Origin: Caldisericota bacterium
GTDB lineage: Bacteria > Caldisericota > Caldisericia > UBA6126 > JAGPKI01
Assembly (NCBI GenBank): GCA_052034135.1
Contig: JBPOJC010000005.1
Location: forward strand, 76 to 64,075
Direction of reading: 5' to 3'
Length of the DNA: 64,000 nucleotides
Shown here in pieces: positions 17,578 to 28,263 of the stretch. The notes under the pieces are model-generated. The model saw only the letters and a list, made by a program, of their open reading frames with translations, was not told where the DNA came from and did no database searches. The first letter of the stretch is position 1. Each line of letters starts with the position of its first letter. Both the position numbers and the translations under genes were made by a program.

Positions 17578-18499
17578 TATTGTTTTTGTTTTAAAGAGTC
17601 CATTACATATTGGTTATCTCCCATTTAGAGGTTTGGTAATATCTCCTACAAGATATTATGTCCCTGGTAGGAATTTCTGGGGTGCGATAACAAAAAGATT
17701 GAAAGAAAACTTGTATGAAAATCCTGTAGAGGAATATAAAAAAATAGGTGAACAGATTAAAGAAAACTTTAGATTTTCATATTTTTATTTATACGATGGA
17801 GAAACTATTTTTATCCCTAAATATAACGAGGAGGGATTAACTTTTGGAGATAAAAAGCAAATAGATAAATTTCAATTTGAATATAGATTTATAGGTAGTA
17901 GAGTTTTAACTGCTATAAATAGTGATTCAGGGACGGCAAAAGACGAAAGTCTTCATGAAATAGAGTTTATAAAAGATAAGTTTAGTGATGATGGAGACCG
18001 TATTAAAGATACAAAAATCATTGGTTGTATCTGGGTAAAAGAAAATTCTAAGATTCAGGATTACGAAGTTAAAATTGAAAATAATGGGATTTTTGTAAAT
18101 GAATTTAACCTTATTGAAGAATTAACTCTTGGTGGAGAGCAAGGGTATGGTTTTGGTTTAGTGGGGGTAGAGGCTATCTTAAACAAGAAATTATTTCCAA
18201 TAGACAGTTTAGACAATGAAGACGTTAAAATAAGTTTAGAAAAAGATAAACCGATTCTATCCCATCTTAAATATGATAAGAAAATTCCTTTTAAAGGTGA
18301 CTTAGAACTCTTAACTGGTAGAGGTTATTTTGATGTTGAGAGAGAAAACAGTTTAGAAAGAGGATATAAAGAAAATCCTGGTAATGTGCTTTCTAATATA
18401 AATTATTACTTCTCTCCTGGTACAATTATTAATTTTGAAAATGATAGAAAATATAGTATTGGCTGGAATGGAATTTTATTAATGAATGATAATCAATGA
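17552..18499 (+). CDS. cmr3: Type III RAMP, Cas5 group (Cmr3/Csm4-like)
   Basis: N-terminal SPLHIGYLPFRGLVISPTRYYVPGRNFWGAITKRL (P.HIG ... PG....GAI). G-rich loop LTLGGEQGYGFGLVG. The true start may be ATG 17561, which has a better RBS. Confidence 0.55.
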   Translation: MSKMWQRLDIVFVLKSPLHIGYLPFRGLVISPTRYYVPGRNFWGAITKRLKENLYENPVEEYKKIGEQIKENFRFSYFYLYDGETIFIPKYNEEGLTFGDKKQIDKFQFEYRFIGSRVLTAINSDSGTAKDESLHEIEFIKDKFSDDGDRIKDTKIIGCIWVKENSKIQDYEVKIENNGIFVNEFNLIEELTLGGEQGYGFGLVGVEAILNKKLFPIDSLDNEDVKISLEKDKPILSHLKYDKKIPFKGDLELLTGRGYFDVERENSLERGYKENPGNVLSNINYYFSPGTIINFENDRKYSIGWNGILLMNDNQ

Positions 18500-18859
18500 A
18501 ACCTACAGAACTTTTGCTTTCAAAGCAAAGCATATTTAGTTGATTAGCATTGAAGAGTAGAACATACCTTGCGGGAACAGGGTTATCCTAATAATACTTC
18601 TACAACAAAATTTTAAGGAATTTTTTTCAATCTTTAAAGACTAATAATATGAGTGAAGCAATAATAATAGCTTTAATTGAATAGTATCAGTAAATATTTT
18701 ATTATTTAATGTTTTTCACTCATATCTGATGTTTTATTTAAAAATTACGTTTAAATAATTTCAATTTTAAAATATAAAAATAAAAATTGATTTATAATAT
18801 TTAAGCATTAAACGAACAAGCTTCAAGAATTATAAATTTTAGCATAGGAGGAGATTAAA

Positions 18860-19186
18860 ATGGAGAAAACTACTTTAGGTTTAAGTGAAAATTTAGAAAG
18901 TCTTTTTTGTTACATTTTAGGTTGGATAACAGGAATAATATTCTTGATTCTTGAAAAGAACAGCAAGTTTGTAAAATTTCATGCTCTACAATCAATTTTT
19001 ACATTTCTACCCATATCGATAATAGGTGTAATATTTATGTGGATCCCAATAGTAGGAGTGGTTATTAACTGGATATTGTCGATTATCTCCTTTATATTGT
19101 GGATATTACTAATGTACAAAGCATATCAAGGTGAAAAATATAAACTTCCAATTGTTGGAGATTTTGCAGAAAAAGAAATAAAATAA
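18860..19186 (+). CDS. DUF4870-like small membrane protein
   Basis: LSFCYILGWITGIIF...FHALQS motif. Strong RBS GGAGGAG. Confidence 0.45.
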   Translation: MEKTTLGLSENLESLFCYILGWITGIIFLILEKNSKFVKFHALQSIFTFLPISIIGVIFMWIPIVGVVINWILSIISFILWILLMYKAYQGEKYKLPIVGDFAEKEIK

Positions 19187-19247
19187 TTTATATCTTTATA
19201 ATAGCAAAAAGCATGTTAAAATAAGCTTTAATCAGTGAAAAAGTATA

Positions 19248-20105
19248 TTATTTTATTTCAATTACGTTTGAGTCTTCATCAAAGGGTGGAGTCTGGTCTA
19301 CTATAAAGCCATATTTGAACTTTTCAAATCCCTCTACTTCTCTGATTTGCTCTCTTCCAGTAAGCAATGCAAGAAGTACAATTCCCATTGGCACGATCAG
19401 AAAAGTTGAATATTGGTTTAGTGATAAATTAAAAGGAGGAAATCTTGGAACTGCTCTTAAGAATTCAATAAAAAATGTTAATATGCCATAAAATATAAGT
19501 GCCCATGAGAAAGTTTTACCATAGAACTTCTTGTTAGAATCAATCCTCAGAAGTATAAAGAAAATAATAAATGCACCAATAGAAGTGAACAATTGGGTTG
19601 GGTAGCGTGGATAGTCAAAAGGACTAAATCTAAAACCAATCAATGAATTTGTAGGTAACCCAACACAGCAACCATTTAGGAAGCAACCAATTCTGCCAAT
19701 TGCATAGCCTAAAGTTGTTCCTATTGATAATACATCAAGCAATGCCCAGTAATTTACTTTTCTTCTTTTTGCAAACCAGTATGTTATAAGTACTCCAGCA
19801 ACAACTATCCCAATAAAAGATAATCCTTCACCGCCATTCCTTATTATCTCAATTGGATTACTTAAAAAATAGAAAAAGCCATTTGTCAATATATAAAAAA
19901 GCTTTGCTCCAATCAATCCTCCTATTATTAAATAGAGCAAGAGGTCGAGGAGATCGTCTTCACTTAAGCCTATTTTTTTTGCTCTTTTTATTATAGAAAG
20001 GAAACCAACAATTATACCTATGGCAATAAGTAAACCATAACTTCTTAAAACAAAAGGTCCAAAATGAGCTATTTCTGGATACACTTTTTTGTCCTCCTTA
20101 TGCAA
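19248..20105 (-). CDS. lgt: Prolipoprotein diacylglyceryl transferase
   Basis: Multi-TM protein with Lgt signature regions (GPF.LRSYGL, GRIGCFLNGCC). Confidence 0.8.
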   Translation of the reverse strand: MHKEDKKVYPEIAHFGPFVLRSYGLLIAIGIIVGFLSIIKRAKKIGLSEDDLLDLLLYLIIGGLIGAKLFYILTNGFFYFLSNPIEIIRNGGEGLSFIGIVVAGVLITYWFAKRRKVNYWALLDVLSIGTTLGYAIGRIGCFLNGCCVGLPTNSLIGFRFSPFDYPRYPTQLFTSIGAFIIFFILLRIDSNKKFYGKTFSWALIFYGILTFFIEFLRAVPRFPPFNLSLNQYSTFLIVPMGIVLLALLTGREQIREVEGFEKFKYGFIVDQTPPFDEDSNVIEIK

Positions 20106-21285
20106 TTTTAAATAGTTTATCTGCTTCTTTTAATGTATCAACCACAAAATCAATCTGCTCCTTATCCATAGATGCGGTTACATTCATTCGAAGACGAGAA
20201 GTATTTATTGGTACAGCAGGATGCAGAACAGGAAGAACGAATATATCTCTATCCTGCACAAAACGAGTAACTTTTAAGGTTTTTTCTTCTTCACCTATTA
20301 TTAGTGGGACGATAGCTGTTTGAGAATTAAGGGTATTGAATCCCGCTTTTTTAAGTTCATCAAGGAAATAATTAATATTATTAGATAATTTTTCAATGCG
20401 CCACTTTTCCTCTTCAATTACTTTAAATGAAGCTATTGCTGCTCCGCAAGCTGCTGGAGGCAAAGCCGCAGAGAAAACAAAAGCTCTTGCATTATGTTTT
20501 AGGTAATTTATAAGAATTTTGCTTCCTGCGATGTAACCACCCACCGAAGGAATAGCTTTACTGAGCGTACCCATGAGTATATCAATGTCATTATTTAAAC
20601 CAAAGTATTCTTCAACACCTTTTCCATTCTTTCCTAAGACGCCGAGTGAGTGAGCTTCATCAACCATGAGCAAAGCATTGTATTTACGTACTAAATCAAG
20701 TATTTCTGGAATGGGAGAAATATCTCCATCCATACTATATACAGCATCCACTATAACAACTCTTGTTCTATTATTAGATGTATTTTGAAGTTTCCTTTCA
20801 AGATCATTCAAGTCATTATGATTAAATCGTAAAAATGCTGCCCCAGAGAGAAGACAACCATCAACTATACTTGCGTGATCAAGTTTATCACAAATAACCA
20901 CGTCCCCTCTTCCAAAAAGCGTAGAAATTGATGTTAGATTTGTTACATATCCACTTGAAAAAACTACACAAGCCTCTCTGTTTTTGAATGAAGCAATAGT
21001 TTCTTCAAGCTCTTCATGTATTTTTTCTGTACCAGCTAATATTCTTACTCCGTGTGTCCCTGTGCCATATTTTTTAATTGCGTCGATTGCATACTTATTT
21101 ATTAATGGATGCCCTATTAGACTTAAATAGCTATAGCTTGCAAGCATAAGCATTTTTCTACCATCTACGATTACATAAGGATCCTCAATACTTTCTATGC
21201 TTCTAAGATAAAAATATAAATTCGCATTTTTAGTATTTTCATATCTTTGATTAAATTCAGTTAATTTTTTCAGAAAGTTTTCCAC
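20098..21285 (-). CDS. PLP-dependent alpha-oxoamine synthase (Kbl/BioF/serine palmitoyltransferase family)
   Basis: SGYVTNL...DKLDHASIVDG and the TLSKA PLP-Lys region typical of glycine C-acetyltransferase / 8-amino-7-oxononanoate synthase. Confidence 0.7.
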   Translation of the reverse strand: MENFLKKLTEFNQRYENTKNANLYFYLRSIESIEDPYVIVDGRKMLMLASYSYLSLIGHPLINKYAIDAIKKYGTGTHGVRILAGTEKIHEELEETIASFKNREACVVFSSGYVTNLTSISTLFGRGDVVICDKLDHASIVDGCLLSGAAFLRFNHNDLNDLERKLQNTSNNRTRVVIVDAVYSMDGDISPIPEILDLVRKYNALLMVDEAHSLGVLGKNGKGVEEYFGLNNDIDILMGTLSKAIPSVGGYIAGSKILINYLKHNARAFVFSAALPPAACGAAIASFKVIEEEKWRIEKLSNNINYFLDELKKAGFNTLNSQTAIVPLIIGEEEKTLKVTRFVQDRDIFVLPVLHPAVPINTSRLRMNVTASMDKEQIDFVVDTLKEADKLFKIA

Positions 21286-21290
21286 CTAAA

Positions 21291-22949
21291 TTACTCTCCC
21301 ATCATTGGTAGTTTTAAATTTTTTTCTTTTGCAGTTTTTATAGCGATTTCATAATTTGCATCGGCATGCCTTGCAACTCCGATTCCAGGATCAGTTGTTA
21401 GAACTTTTCTCAAGTGTTCTGCTTGCCTTGAGGAACCATCTGCTACAACAACCATTCCTGCATGTATTGAATTTCCAATTCCTACACCTCCTCCATGATG
21501 AACTGAAACCCATGTTGCCCCACTTATTGCGTTAAGTAGTGCATTAAGTATAGGCCAATCTGCTATAGCATCAGAACCATCTTTCATTGCTTCAGTCTCC
21601 CTGTAGGGAGATGCTACGGATCCAGAATCAAGATGGTCTCTTCCTATAACGATAGGGCAACTAATCTCTCCCTTTTTTACTAAATCATTTATTCTGAGTC
21701 CAAACTCTGCTCGTTCTCCTAAGCCTAACCAGCAGATTCTCGCAGGGAGACCTTGAAAGTTGACCATTTTTTCAGCTTTTTCAATCCAACTTTTTAGATG
21801 AACATTGTCTGGAAATAATTCAAGTAAAGTCTTATCGGTAGTGTAAATATCATTAGGATCACCAGATAGAGCAACCCATCTAAAAGGTCCTTTCCCTTCA
21901 CAAAATAAAGGTCTAATAAACTCCGGCACAAAACCTGGTATATCAAATGCATTACTAACACCATTTGATTTTGCCTGTGCTCTTATATTATTTCCATATT
22001 CAAAAACAATGCTACCTGCTTTTTTTAGTTCAAGCATAGCTTTAACATGTATTGCAATAGAATCTAATGCTCTTTTAATATATTCTTTTGGGTTTTCTAC
22101 TCTTAATTTTAGTGCTTCCTCTAATGAAATACCATTAGGCACATATCCATTAAGTGTGTCATGAGCTGAGGTTTGATCAGTTACAACATCCGGAACAATT
22201 CCTCGCCTCACAATTTCTGGAATAATATCGGAAGCATTACCAATTAAACCAACCGAAAGTGGCAATTTATCCTTTTTCGCCCGTTCTATTTTTATGAGTG
22301 AACTATCGAGATCTGTTGAAAGTTCGTCAACATACCCCATGTCAAGTCTCCTTTTTGCTCTTTTTGGATCAACTTCTACAACTAAGCATACTCCGTCATT
22401 CATTGTAACAGCGAGAGGTTGAGCTCCCCCCATTCCTCCTAGTCCTGCAGTTAAAACAAATTTACCCTTCAAGCTTCCATTAAAATGTTTTTCAGATAAA
22501 GATGCAAGTGTTTCAAATGTACCTTGAAGTATGCCCTGCGTACCTATGTATATCCAACTTCCAGCAGTCATCTGTCCATACATTGTAAGTCCTAAGCTTT
22601 CGAGTCTTCGGAATTCATCCCAATTTGCCCATGCCGGAACAAGCATGGAGTTACTAATCAAAACTCTTGGAGCATCTAAACTCGTTTCAAAAATAGCTAC
22701 TGGTTTACCTGATTGTATGAGTAACGTTTCATCATTTTCAAGATTTTTTAAGCTTTCTACAATTTTATAAAAACAATCCCAGTTTCTCACAGCTTTACCA
22801 GTTCCACCATATACAATTAAGTTTTCAGGGTCTTCAGCAACTTCAGGATCCAAATTGTTCATAAGCATTCTTAATGCCGCCTCTTGCAACCAACTCTTAC
22901 AACTTAGAGCATTGCCTCTATCGGCTTTAATATTATGCATCATTTTCAT
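21291..22949 (-). CDS. hutU: Urocanate hydratase
   Basis: 552 aa with urocanase-typical length and motifs ([13 protein letters not shown]-binding region). Confidence 0.85.
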   Translation of the reverse strand: MKMMHNIKADRGNALSCKSWLQEAALRMLMNNLDPEVAEDPENLIVYGGTGKAVRNWDCFYKIVESLKNLENDETLLIQSGKPVAIFETSLDAPRVLISNSMLVPAWANWDEFRRLESLGLTMYGQMTAGSWIYIGTQGILQGTFETLASLSEKHFNGSLKGKFVLTAGLGGMGGAQPLAVTMNDGVCLVVEVDPKRAKRRLDMGYVDELSTDLDSSLIKIERAKKDKLPLSVGLIGNASDIIPEIVRRGIVPDVVTDQTSAHDTLNGYVPNGISLEEALKLRVENPKEYIKRALDSIAIHVKAMLELKKAGSIVFEYGNNIRAQAKSNGVSNAFDIPGFVPEFIRPLFCEGKGPFRWVALSGDPNDIYTTDKTLLELFPDNVHLKSWIEKAEKMVNFQGLPARICWLGLGERAEFGLRINDLVKKGEISCPIVIGRDHLDSGSVASPYRETEAMKDGSDAIADWPILNALLNAISGATWVSVHHGGGVGIGNSIHAGMVVVADGSSRQAEHLRKVLTTDPGIGVARHADANYEIAIKTAKEKNLKLPMMGE

Positions 22950-23230
22950 ATCTCCTTTAAGTGCATATTTACTAATAATATTAAAATTTTGACACTCTTA
23001 ATGTCTTGTTTGTAACTGTATTGTACTTTTTTAAATTTTTGCTTCATTTCTTCTTTTGTTAAAAGCTCAAAGGTTTATATTTACTTATATTTACTTTTTC
23101 CATTTTACTTGTTCATAATCTCTTATATTTTTAATATTATACCATTTCCTATTAACTTAACTTTATATTTCTATAAACTATGATAATACATTTATATTAA
23201 AACTCTTTTCTATTAATTCTTTGAGTATAT

Positions 23231-24055
23231 TTAACTTGCAAGACGTGGATAAAGCATAGTCGCTATAATTATTGCTATTAATATCATTCCTATTAGCAGC
23301 CCAATATGCAGAAGCATATTTGTATATACACCAGTTATCAAAATAGCTCTTAATATCTCCACTACATAGCTTAAAGGATTCGCAACCGCGACAACTTGAA
23401 GCCATTTAGGCATTATAGAAATAGGATAGATTGCACTTGAAGCAAAGAAAAGAGGCATTGTTAAAACTTGTCCTATACCCATAAATCTCTCTCTTGTTCT
23501 CATTAATGAAGCAAGAATCATTGAAAAACAGCTAAAAAATGCAGATTCCAGAATAACAATAAATATTGTTCCAACTATGCCAAGCACGCTCCATCTTATA
23601 TCCACTTTTAAAATGAGTGCTAATATTAAGATTATTACAGCCTGGCTCAAACCTCTCACAGCTGCGCCCATTGTTCTTCCAACAACAAATGCACTTCGCG
23701 GAACCGGGAGAGCTAAAAATTTCTGAATTATCCCCTGATCTCTATCCCAAATAAGCGCTAAACCATAGAAAATTGAAATAAACAAAACTGATTGTGAAAG
23801 TATACCAGGTGTCATAAAAGCAATGTATGGAACACCACCAGTAGGAATTGCTTTAATTCTTGTAAATGTTTCTCCAAAAACAAGCAACCATAAAACTGGC
23901 TGAACTGCTCTTGTAAATAACTCAGTTGGGTCATGGCGTAGCCTTCTCGCTTCCATTTCACCAAGGGTTAATGAATCATTAATCCATTTCTTTATTTTTG
24001 AAGACAGGCTTTTATTGTAACCTTCTTGCTGTTTTTCGGATTCTCCTAAGCTCAT
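23231..24055 (-). CDS. ABC-2 type transporter permease
   Basis: Six-TM ABC-2 permease pattern. Downstream of an ABC ATPase gene. The start may lie at a later Met (44-nt overlap with the upstream gene). Confidence 0.65.
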   Translation of the reverse strand: MSLGESEKQQEGYNKSLSSKIKKWINDSLTLGEMEARRLRHDPTELFTRAVQPVLWLLVFGETFTRIKAIPTGGVPYIAFMTPGILSQSVLFISIFYGLALIWDRDQGIIQKFLALPVPRSAFVVGRTMGAAVRGLSQAVIILILALILKVDIRWSVLGIVGTIFIVILESAFFSCFSMILASLMRTRERFMGIGQVLTMPLFFASSAIYPISIMPKWLQVVAVANPLSYVVEILRAILITGVYTNMLLHIGLLIGMILIAIIIATMLYPRLAS

Positions 24056-24797
24056 TAAAATTACCTCCTTCTTCTACGCTATGTCCTGTGAGAATAATAA
24101 ATGCATTTTCGAGACTTTCTGTGCCTGTTTGCTTCAATATTTCCTGCGGTGTGCCAATGGTAACTATTTTACCATGATCCATTATGGCAAGTCTATCGCA
24201 AAGAGCTTCCGCTTCTTCCATATAGTGGGTTGTCAATAAAATAGTTGTTTCATATTGTTCCTGCAGAGTTAACAATACATTCCATACAGAACGCCTTGAA
24301 ATTGGGTCAAGACCCACTGTTGGTTCATCAAGTAAAAGAATTTCAGGATTATGCAAAAGTGACTGTGCTATTTCTAATTTTCTTACCATTCCTCCGGAGT
24401 ACTCTCTTACGAGTCTATGGGAAAAATCACCTAATTCCATTAAATCAATGAGTTCATTAATTCTTTTTTCTCTGCCTCTTTTATTTAATCCGACAAGTTT
24501 AGCAAAGATTAAGAGGTTTTCATATCCTGTTAGTGATCCATCACTTGATAACGCTTGTGGGACATATCCAATAAAATTCCTAACTATTGCAGCATTTTTG
24601 GGAAGCTCATAACCATTTACTTCTACTCTTCCTTTGGTCGGAGTTATTAAAGTGGAAATAATTCTAACTGTGGTTGTTTTGCCTGCTCCATTTGGACCAA
24701 GAAGCCCAAATAATTCACCCCTTTTTACATTGAATGATATACCGTCAAGAGCTTTTGTTTGTCCGAAATGTTTGAAGAGATTATCTATTTTAATCAT
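24012..24797 (-). CDS. ABC transporter ATP-binding protein
   Basis: Walker A GPNGAGKTT, signature YSGGMVRK, Walker B LLDEPT. Confidence 0.8.
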   Translation of the reverse strand: MIKIDNLFKHFGQTKALDGISFNVKRGELFGLLGPNGAGKTTTVRIISTLITPTKGRVEVNGYELPKNAAIVRNFIGYVPQALSSDGSLTGYENLLIFAKLVGLNKRGREKRINELIDLMELGDFSHRLVREYSGGMVRKLEIAQSLLHNPEILLLDEPTVGLDPISRRSVWNVLLTLQEQYETTILLTTHYMEEAEALCDRLAIMDHGKIVTIGTPQEILKQTGTESLENAFIILTGHSVEEGGNFNELRRIRKTARRLQ

Positions 24798-24934
24798 ATT
24801 AGTCCTTTCTAAATTGATTATAGCACAAAATTAATATTAAATATTCTTAAACATTGATACGTAATGATTGATTTATTATAATTAACCCTTAATTAAAAGG
24901 TTTTCAATTTAAAAAAGGAAAATGAAATAAATTT

Positions 24935-26134
24935 ATGAAAAAAAAAGAGGAGATATTAGATAAACTCAAAACAAATACCGTAGACTTTATTACTGAGGAG
25001 GAATTATTAAAAAAATTATCTTCTAAAAAAAGCTTAAAAATAAAATTAGGAGCCGATCCTACAGCTCCAGATTTACATTTAGGACATGCCGTTGTTCTTG
25101 AAAAACTAAGAGAGTTTCAAGAACTTGGTCACGAGATAATCTTTGTAATTGGTGATTTCACAGCTTTAATAGGAGATCCATCTGGTAGATCAAAGGTAAG
25201 AAAAGCATTGAGCAAGGAAGAAATAGAACAAAATGCCAAAACTTATGTAGCACAGGTATCAAAAATTCTTGATATAAGTAAAATTCAAATAAGGTATAAT
25301 AGCGAATGGCTTTCTAAGATAAATCTTTCGGATCTAATTAAAATAATGTCTCATTTCACCATTGCAAGAATCATTGAAAGGGACGATTTTTCCAAACGAT
25401 TTAAACAAAACACACCGATATTTATGCATGAATTCTTGTATCCTATTCTGCAGGCTTATGATTCAGTTGCAATAAAAGCAGATGTTGAACTTGGGGGAAC
25501 TGATCAAAAATTTAATTTATTGCTTGGGAGAGAAATGCAAACAATTTTTGGTCAGGAGGAGCAAGTAATAATTACTTTGCCTCTCCTTATTGGGACCGAT
25601 GGTTCTTTAAAAATGAGTAAATCTTTTGGTAATTACATCGGTATTACGGAAGATCCTTTTACAATGTATGGTAAGGTTATGTCAATTCCAGATAGTTTAA
25701 TTCTCGACTATTTTAAATTAGTTTTAAGTTATAACGATACTGAACTTACAGAAATTTCTAAAAGTTTAGAAACTGAAAATCCTATGAAATTAAAAATGAA
25801 ATTAGCAAAAGAAATTGTATCCAAGTATCATTCCGAAGAAGATTCTAAAAAAGCAGAGAAAATGTTCACTAAAATACACAGAGAGCGTAGTTTACCCTCG
25901 GACATAGTTGAATATATTTACGAGGGGCCATTACAGATAAAAGCCTTTGAATTTATTAATAGTCTCAATCTGTTACCAAGCAAGTCTGAAGCAAAAAGAG
26001 TAATCTCGCAAGGTGGATTAGAAGTTGATGGAGAAAATATTACTGATCCATTTTTTACATTAAATGTAAAAAATAATATGATAATTAAAATAGGTAAGAG
26101 GAAATTTGTTAAAATAAGGATTCAGAATCCCTAA
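24935..26134 (+). CDS. tyrS: Tyrosine--tRNA ligase
   Basis: HIGH-type motif DLHLGHA, KMSKS motif, C-terminal S4-like domain. Confidence 0.85.
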   Translation: MKKKEEILDKLKTNTVDFITEEELLKKLSSKKSLKIKLGADPTAPDLHLGHAVVLEKLREFQELGHEIIFVIGDFTALIGDPSGRSKVRKALSKEEIEQNAKTYVAQVSKILDISKIQIRYNSEWLSKINLSDLIKIMSHFTIARIIERDDFSKRFKQNTPIFMHEFLYPILQAYDSVAIKADVELGGTDQKFNLLLGREMQTIFGQEEQVIITLPLLIGTDGSLKMSKSFGNYIGITEDPFTMYGKVMSIPDSLILDYFKLVLSYNDTELTEISKSLETENPMKLKMKLAKEIVSKYHSEEDSKKAEKMFTKIHRERSLPSDIVEYIYEGPLQIKAFEFINSLNLLPSKSEAKRVISQGGLEVDGENITDPFFTLNVKNNMIIKIGKRKFVKIRIQNP

Positions 26135-27026
26135 ATTCTTTGTCGCTTTTACGTTTCTTTCTGAGAAGATAAAAATTTCTTATCTCGTCATATTCCTCAA
26201 GTTGAAAGAATTCAGAGATATAATAATCTAACTCATTTATATATCTAACGAAGATTTCTCTCGTTTTTAGGCGCCAATCTCTTGCCAGAAAAGGAACTTC
26301 TTTACGCATTTCGTAATAATCATAAGGAATTTCCACTGCAATAGTTTCTCCCTTCAAGTCAAGATTAATATTTGATATCTCTCTAAAAAGTAAAGCTTGT
26401 TTTATTCCTCTTGTTGTTATTGAATAAAGGATTCTAATAGTTTCGTTTGCTTTCTGAAAATATAATCTTTCTCTTAGCTTTATCTGAGGTATTTTTAAAT
26501 CTTCAATTCTTTTTCTTACCCTTTTAGTTTTGATTTTCCACTCTAAATAAAATCTATCAGCAGGGATAGAAACTCCTGTACTTATTGGCAATTCGCTATA
26601 TGCTTCAATGCAATATTTACGAATGATTCCGCCCAATTTTCTTATATTTAGATTCGCATTGATGCCAAGAAGGGGATCATAGGTCCATACAATTTTTTTA
26701 ATTCCTCTTTCGAGAGCAATTTTATATTGTTCTTGTTTTAGGCGGAAACCCAAAGACTTTTTTTGATAGGCTGTATAAATACCTGCAGTGTCACTGATAA
26801 GATAATAACCATCTTTAGGGTTATATGCTGGTAGCGCAAAATTGAATCCAATAAGTTTATTGTCAACGTAGATTCCAAGTGTTAAGCCACCATTTTCTGC
26901 GATAAGCTCCATTAAATAAGCTGGAACTATCCCCACTTCATTAAGTGGGGATAGTTCCTTTTGTATTTCTTCGCAAGCAAAATAATCTTCTTTGCTACTT
27001 ACAGGTTTTATTACAATATTATTCAA
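26109..27026 (-). CDS. Putative GNAT-like acyltransferase family protein
   Basis: 305 aa. Weak resemblance to GNAT/FemAB-like acyl-CoA N-acyltransferases. Assignment uncertain. Confidence 0.3.
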   Translation of the reverse strand: MNNIVIKPVSSKEDYFACEEIQKELSPLNEVGIVPAYLMELIAENGGLTLGIYVDNKLIGFNFALPAYNPKDGYYLISDTAGIYTAYQKKSLGFRLKQEQYKIALERGIKKIVWTYDPLLGINANLNIRKLGGIIRKYCIEAYSELPISTGVSIPADRFYLEWKIKTKRVRKRIEDLKIPQIKLRERLYFQKANETIRILYSITTRGIKQALLFREISNINLDLKGETIAVEIPYDYYEMRKEVPFLARDWRLKTREIFVRYINELDYYISEFFQLEEYDEIRNFYLLRKKRKSDKEFRDSESLF

Positions 27027-27029
27027 TTA

Positions 27030-28223
27030 TCACCTTTTAAGCTCACCAAGTTGTACTTGTACATCCATTCTTTTGCCAAGTCTATCGATTGTTAGGGTAA
27101 CAATATCACCTACCTTTTTACTTCTTATGTAAGCAATTAAATCTTCCGATTTTATTATTTCTTTTCCGTCAACTGATATTATAACATCATTTTTCTTAAT
27201 TCCAGCTTTTCTTGCAGCTCCTTCTGGGACTTCAACTACAACAACGCCTTTATCAGTTTTTAGGTTAAGTTCTTTAGCTACTGTTTCGCTATTTTCTGTA
27301 ATAACAACTCCCAATGATGGCCAAGAAACTGTACCATATTCTATTAATTCATTCATAACTTTCTTAGCAACATTAGAAGAAACTGCAAAGCCGAGTCCCT
27401 GTGCGTCCGACTCAATCATAAAATTTATACCAATTACTTCACCTTTTAAATTTATGAGTGGTCCACCACTGTTGCCAGGGTTAATGGGAGCGTCAGTTTG
27501 AATTACTCCGACCATCGGAGTAGTAGCAGTTTGTTTGGTTTCTTGATAAGGGAAAAAGAACGGGAAAGGTAATTCAGGTGTTTGGCTACTTGAAGGTGGA
27601 GTTATCTCTCTTTGAATTCCACTAATAACTCCAACTGTTACAGTATAATCATAACCTAACGGATTACCAATTGCTATAACAGTTTCTCCTACTCTTGCTT
27701 TATCTGAATCACCTAAGGAAAGAGTTGGTAAATTTCTTGCGTTAATGGCGACAACTGCAATATCTGATAAAGTGTCTGTTCCGACAATTTTACCATCATA
27801 CTTTTTTCCATCTTTAAGAGTAACTTTTATGGTATCAGCATTCTCTACAACATGGTTATTTGTGAGAATATAACCATCTTCCCTTACAATAAAACCTGAT
27901 CCAAATCCACTACTTACTATTATTCCACGGGATGATTTACTTATGTCTATTTTTACAACTGAATTACTTGCCTGTTCAGCTATAATTGGAATAATTTCAT
28001 AAGTTTCTATATTAGAACTAATTGATATGGGTGCGCTCGTTGTTGTTGATGTTTGAGGTTGTGCCTCCAGATTAATAGGTGGCGCCGGTAAAAACGATGG
28101 TTTTGAAACAAGCCAATAGGTGGAAAAAGCTCCGCCTGCAAATCCACCAATTATGAATATAATTAGCGCAACTATAATGCTTACAAACGAATTACCTTTT
28201 TTTCTCACTTTTAAATCTTCCAT
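27030..28223 (-). CDS. htrA: HtrA/DegP-family serine protease with PDZ domain
   Basis: N-terminal TM. Catalytic triad context TNNHVV ... D ... GNSGGPL. C-terminal PDZ. Confidence 0.8.
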   Translation of the reverse strand: MEDLKVRKKGNSFVSIIVALIIFIIGGFAGGAFSTYWLVSKPSFLPAPPINLEAQPQTSTTTSAPISISSNIETYEIIPIIAEQASNSVVKIDISKSSRGIIVSSGFGSGFIVREDGYILTNNHVVENADTIKVTLKDGKKYDGKIVGTDTLSDIAVVAINARNLPTLSLGDSDKARVGETVIAIGNPLGYDYTVTVGVISGIQREITPPSSSQTPELPFPFFFPYQETKQTATTPMVGVIQTDAPINPGNSGGPLINLKGEVIGINFMIESDAQGLGFAVSSNVAKKVMNELIEYGTVSWPSLGVVITENSETVAKELNLKTDKGVVVVEVPEGAARKAGIKKNDVIISVDGKEIIKSEDLIAYIRSKKVGDIVTLTIDRLGKRMDVQVQLGELKR

Positions 28224-28263
28224 AAATTTCCTCCATTAATTATCAAAATTATCTAAAAGTAAA

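Noticed and set aside
18506-18532. Rho-independent terminator after the last RAMP gene (ttttgctttcaaagcaaag)
   Set aside because: The stem is short and AT-rich with no following T-tract. It may still be a weak terminator but it is not convincing.
24798-24934. T-box riboswitch leader upstream of tyrS
   Set aside because: The intergenic region is only about 137 bp. It has no specifier or T-box (AGGGTGGNACCGCG-like) sequence and no terminator/antiterminator hairpins.
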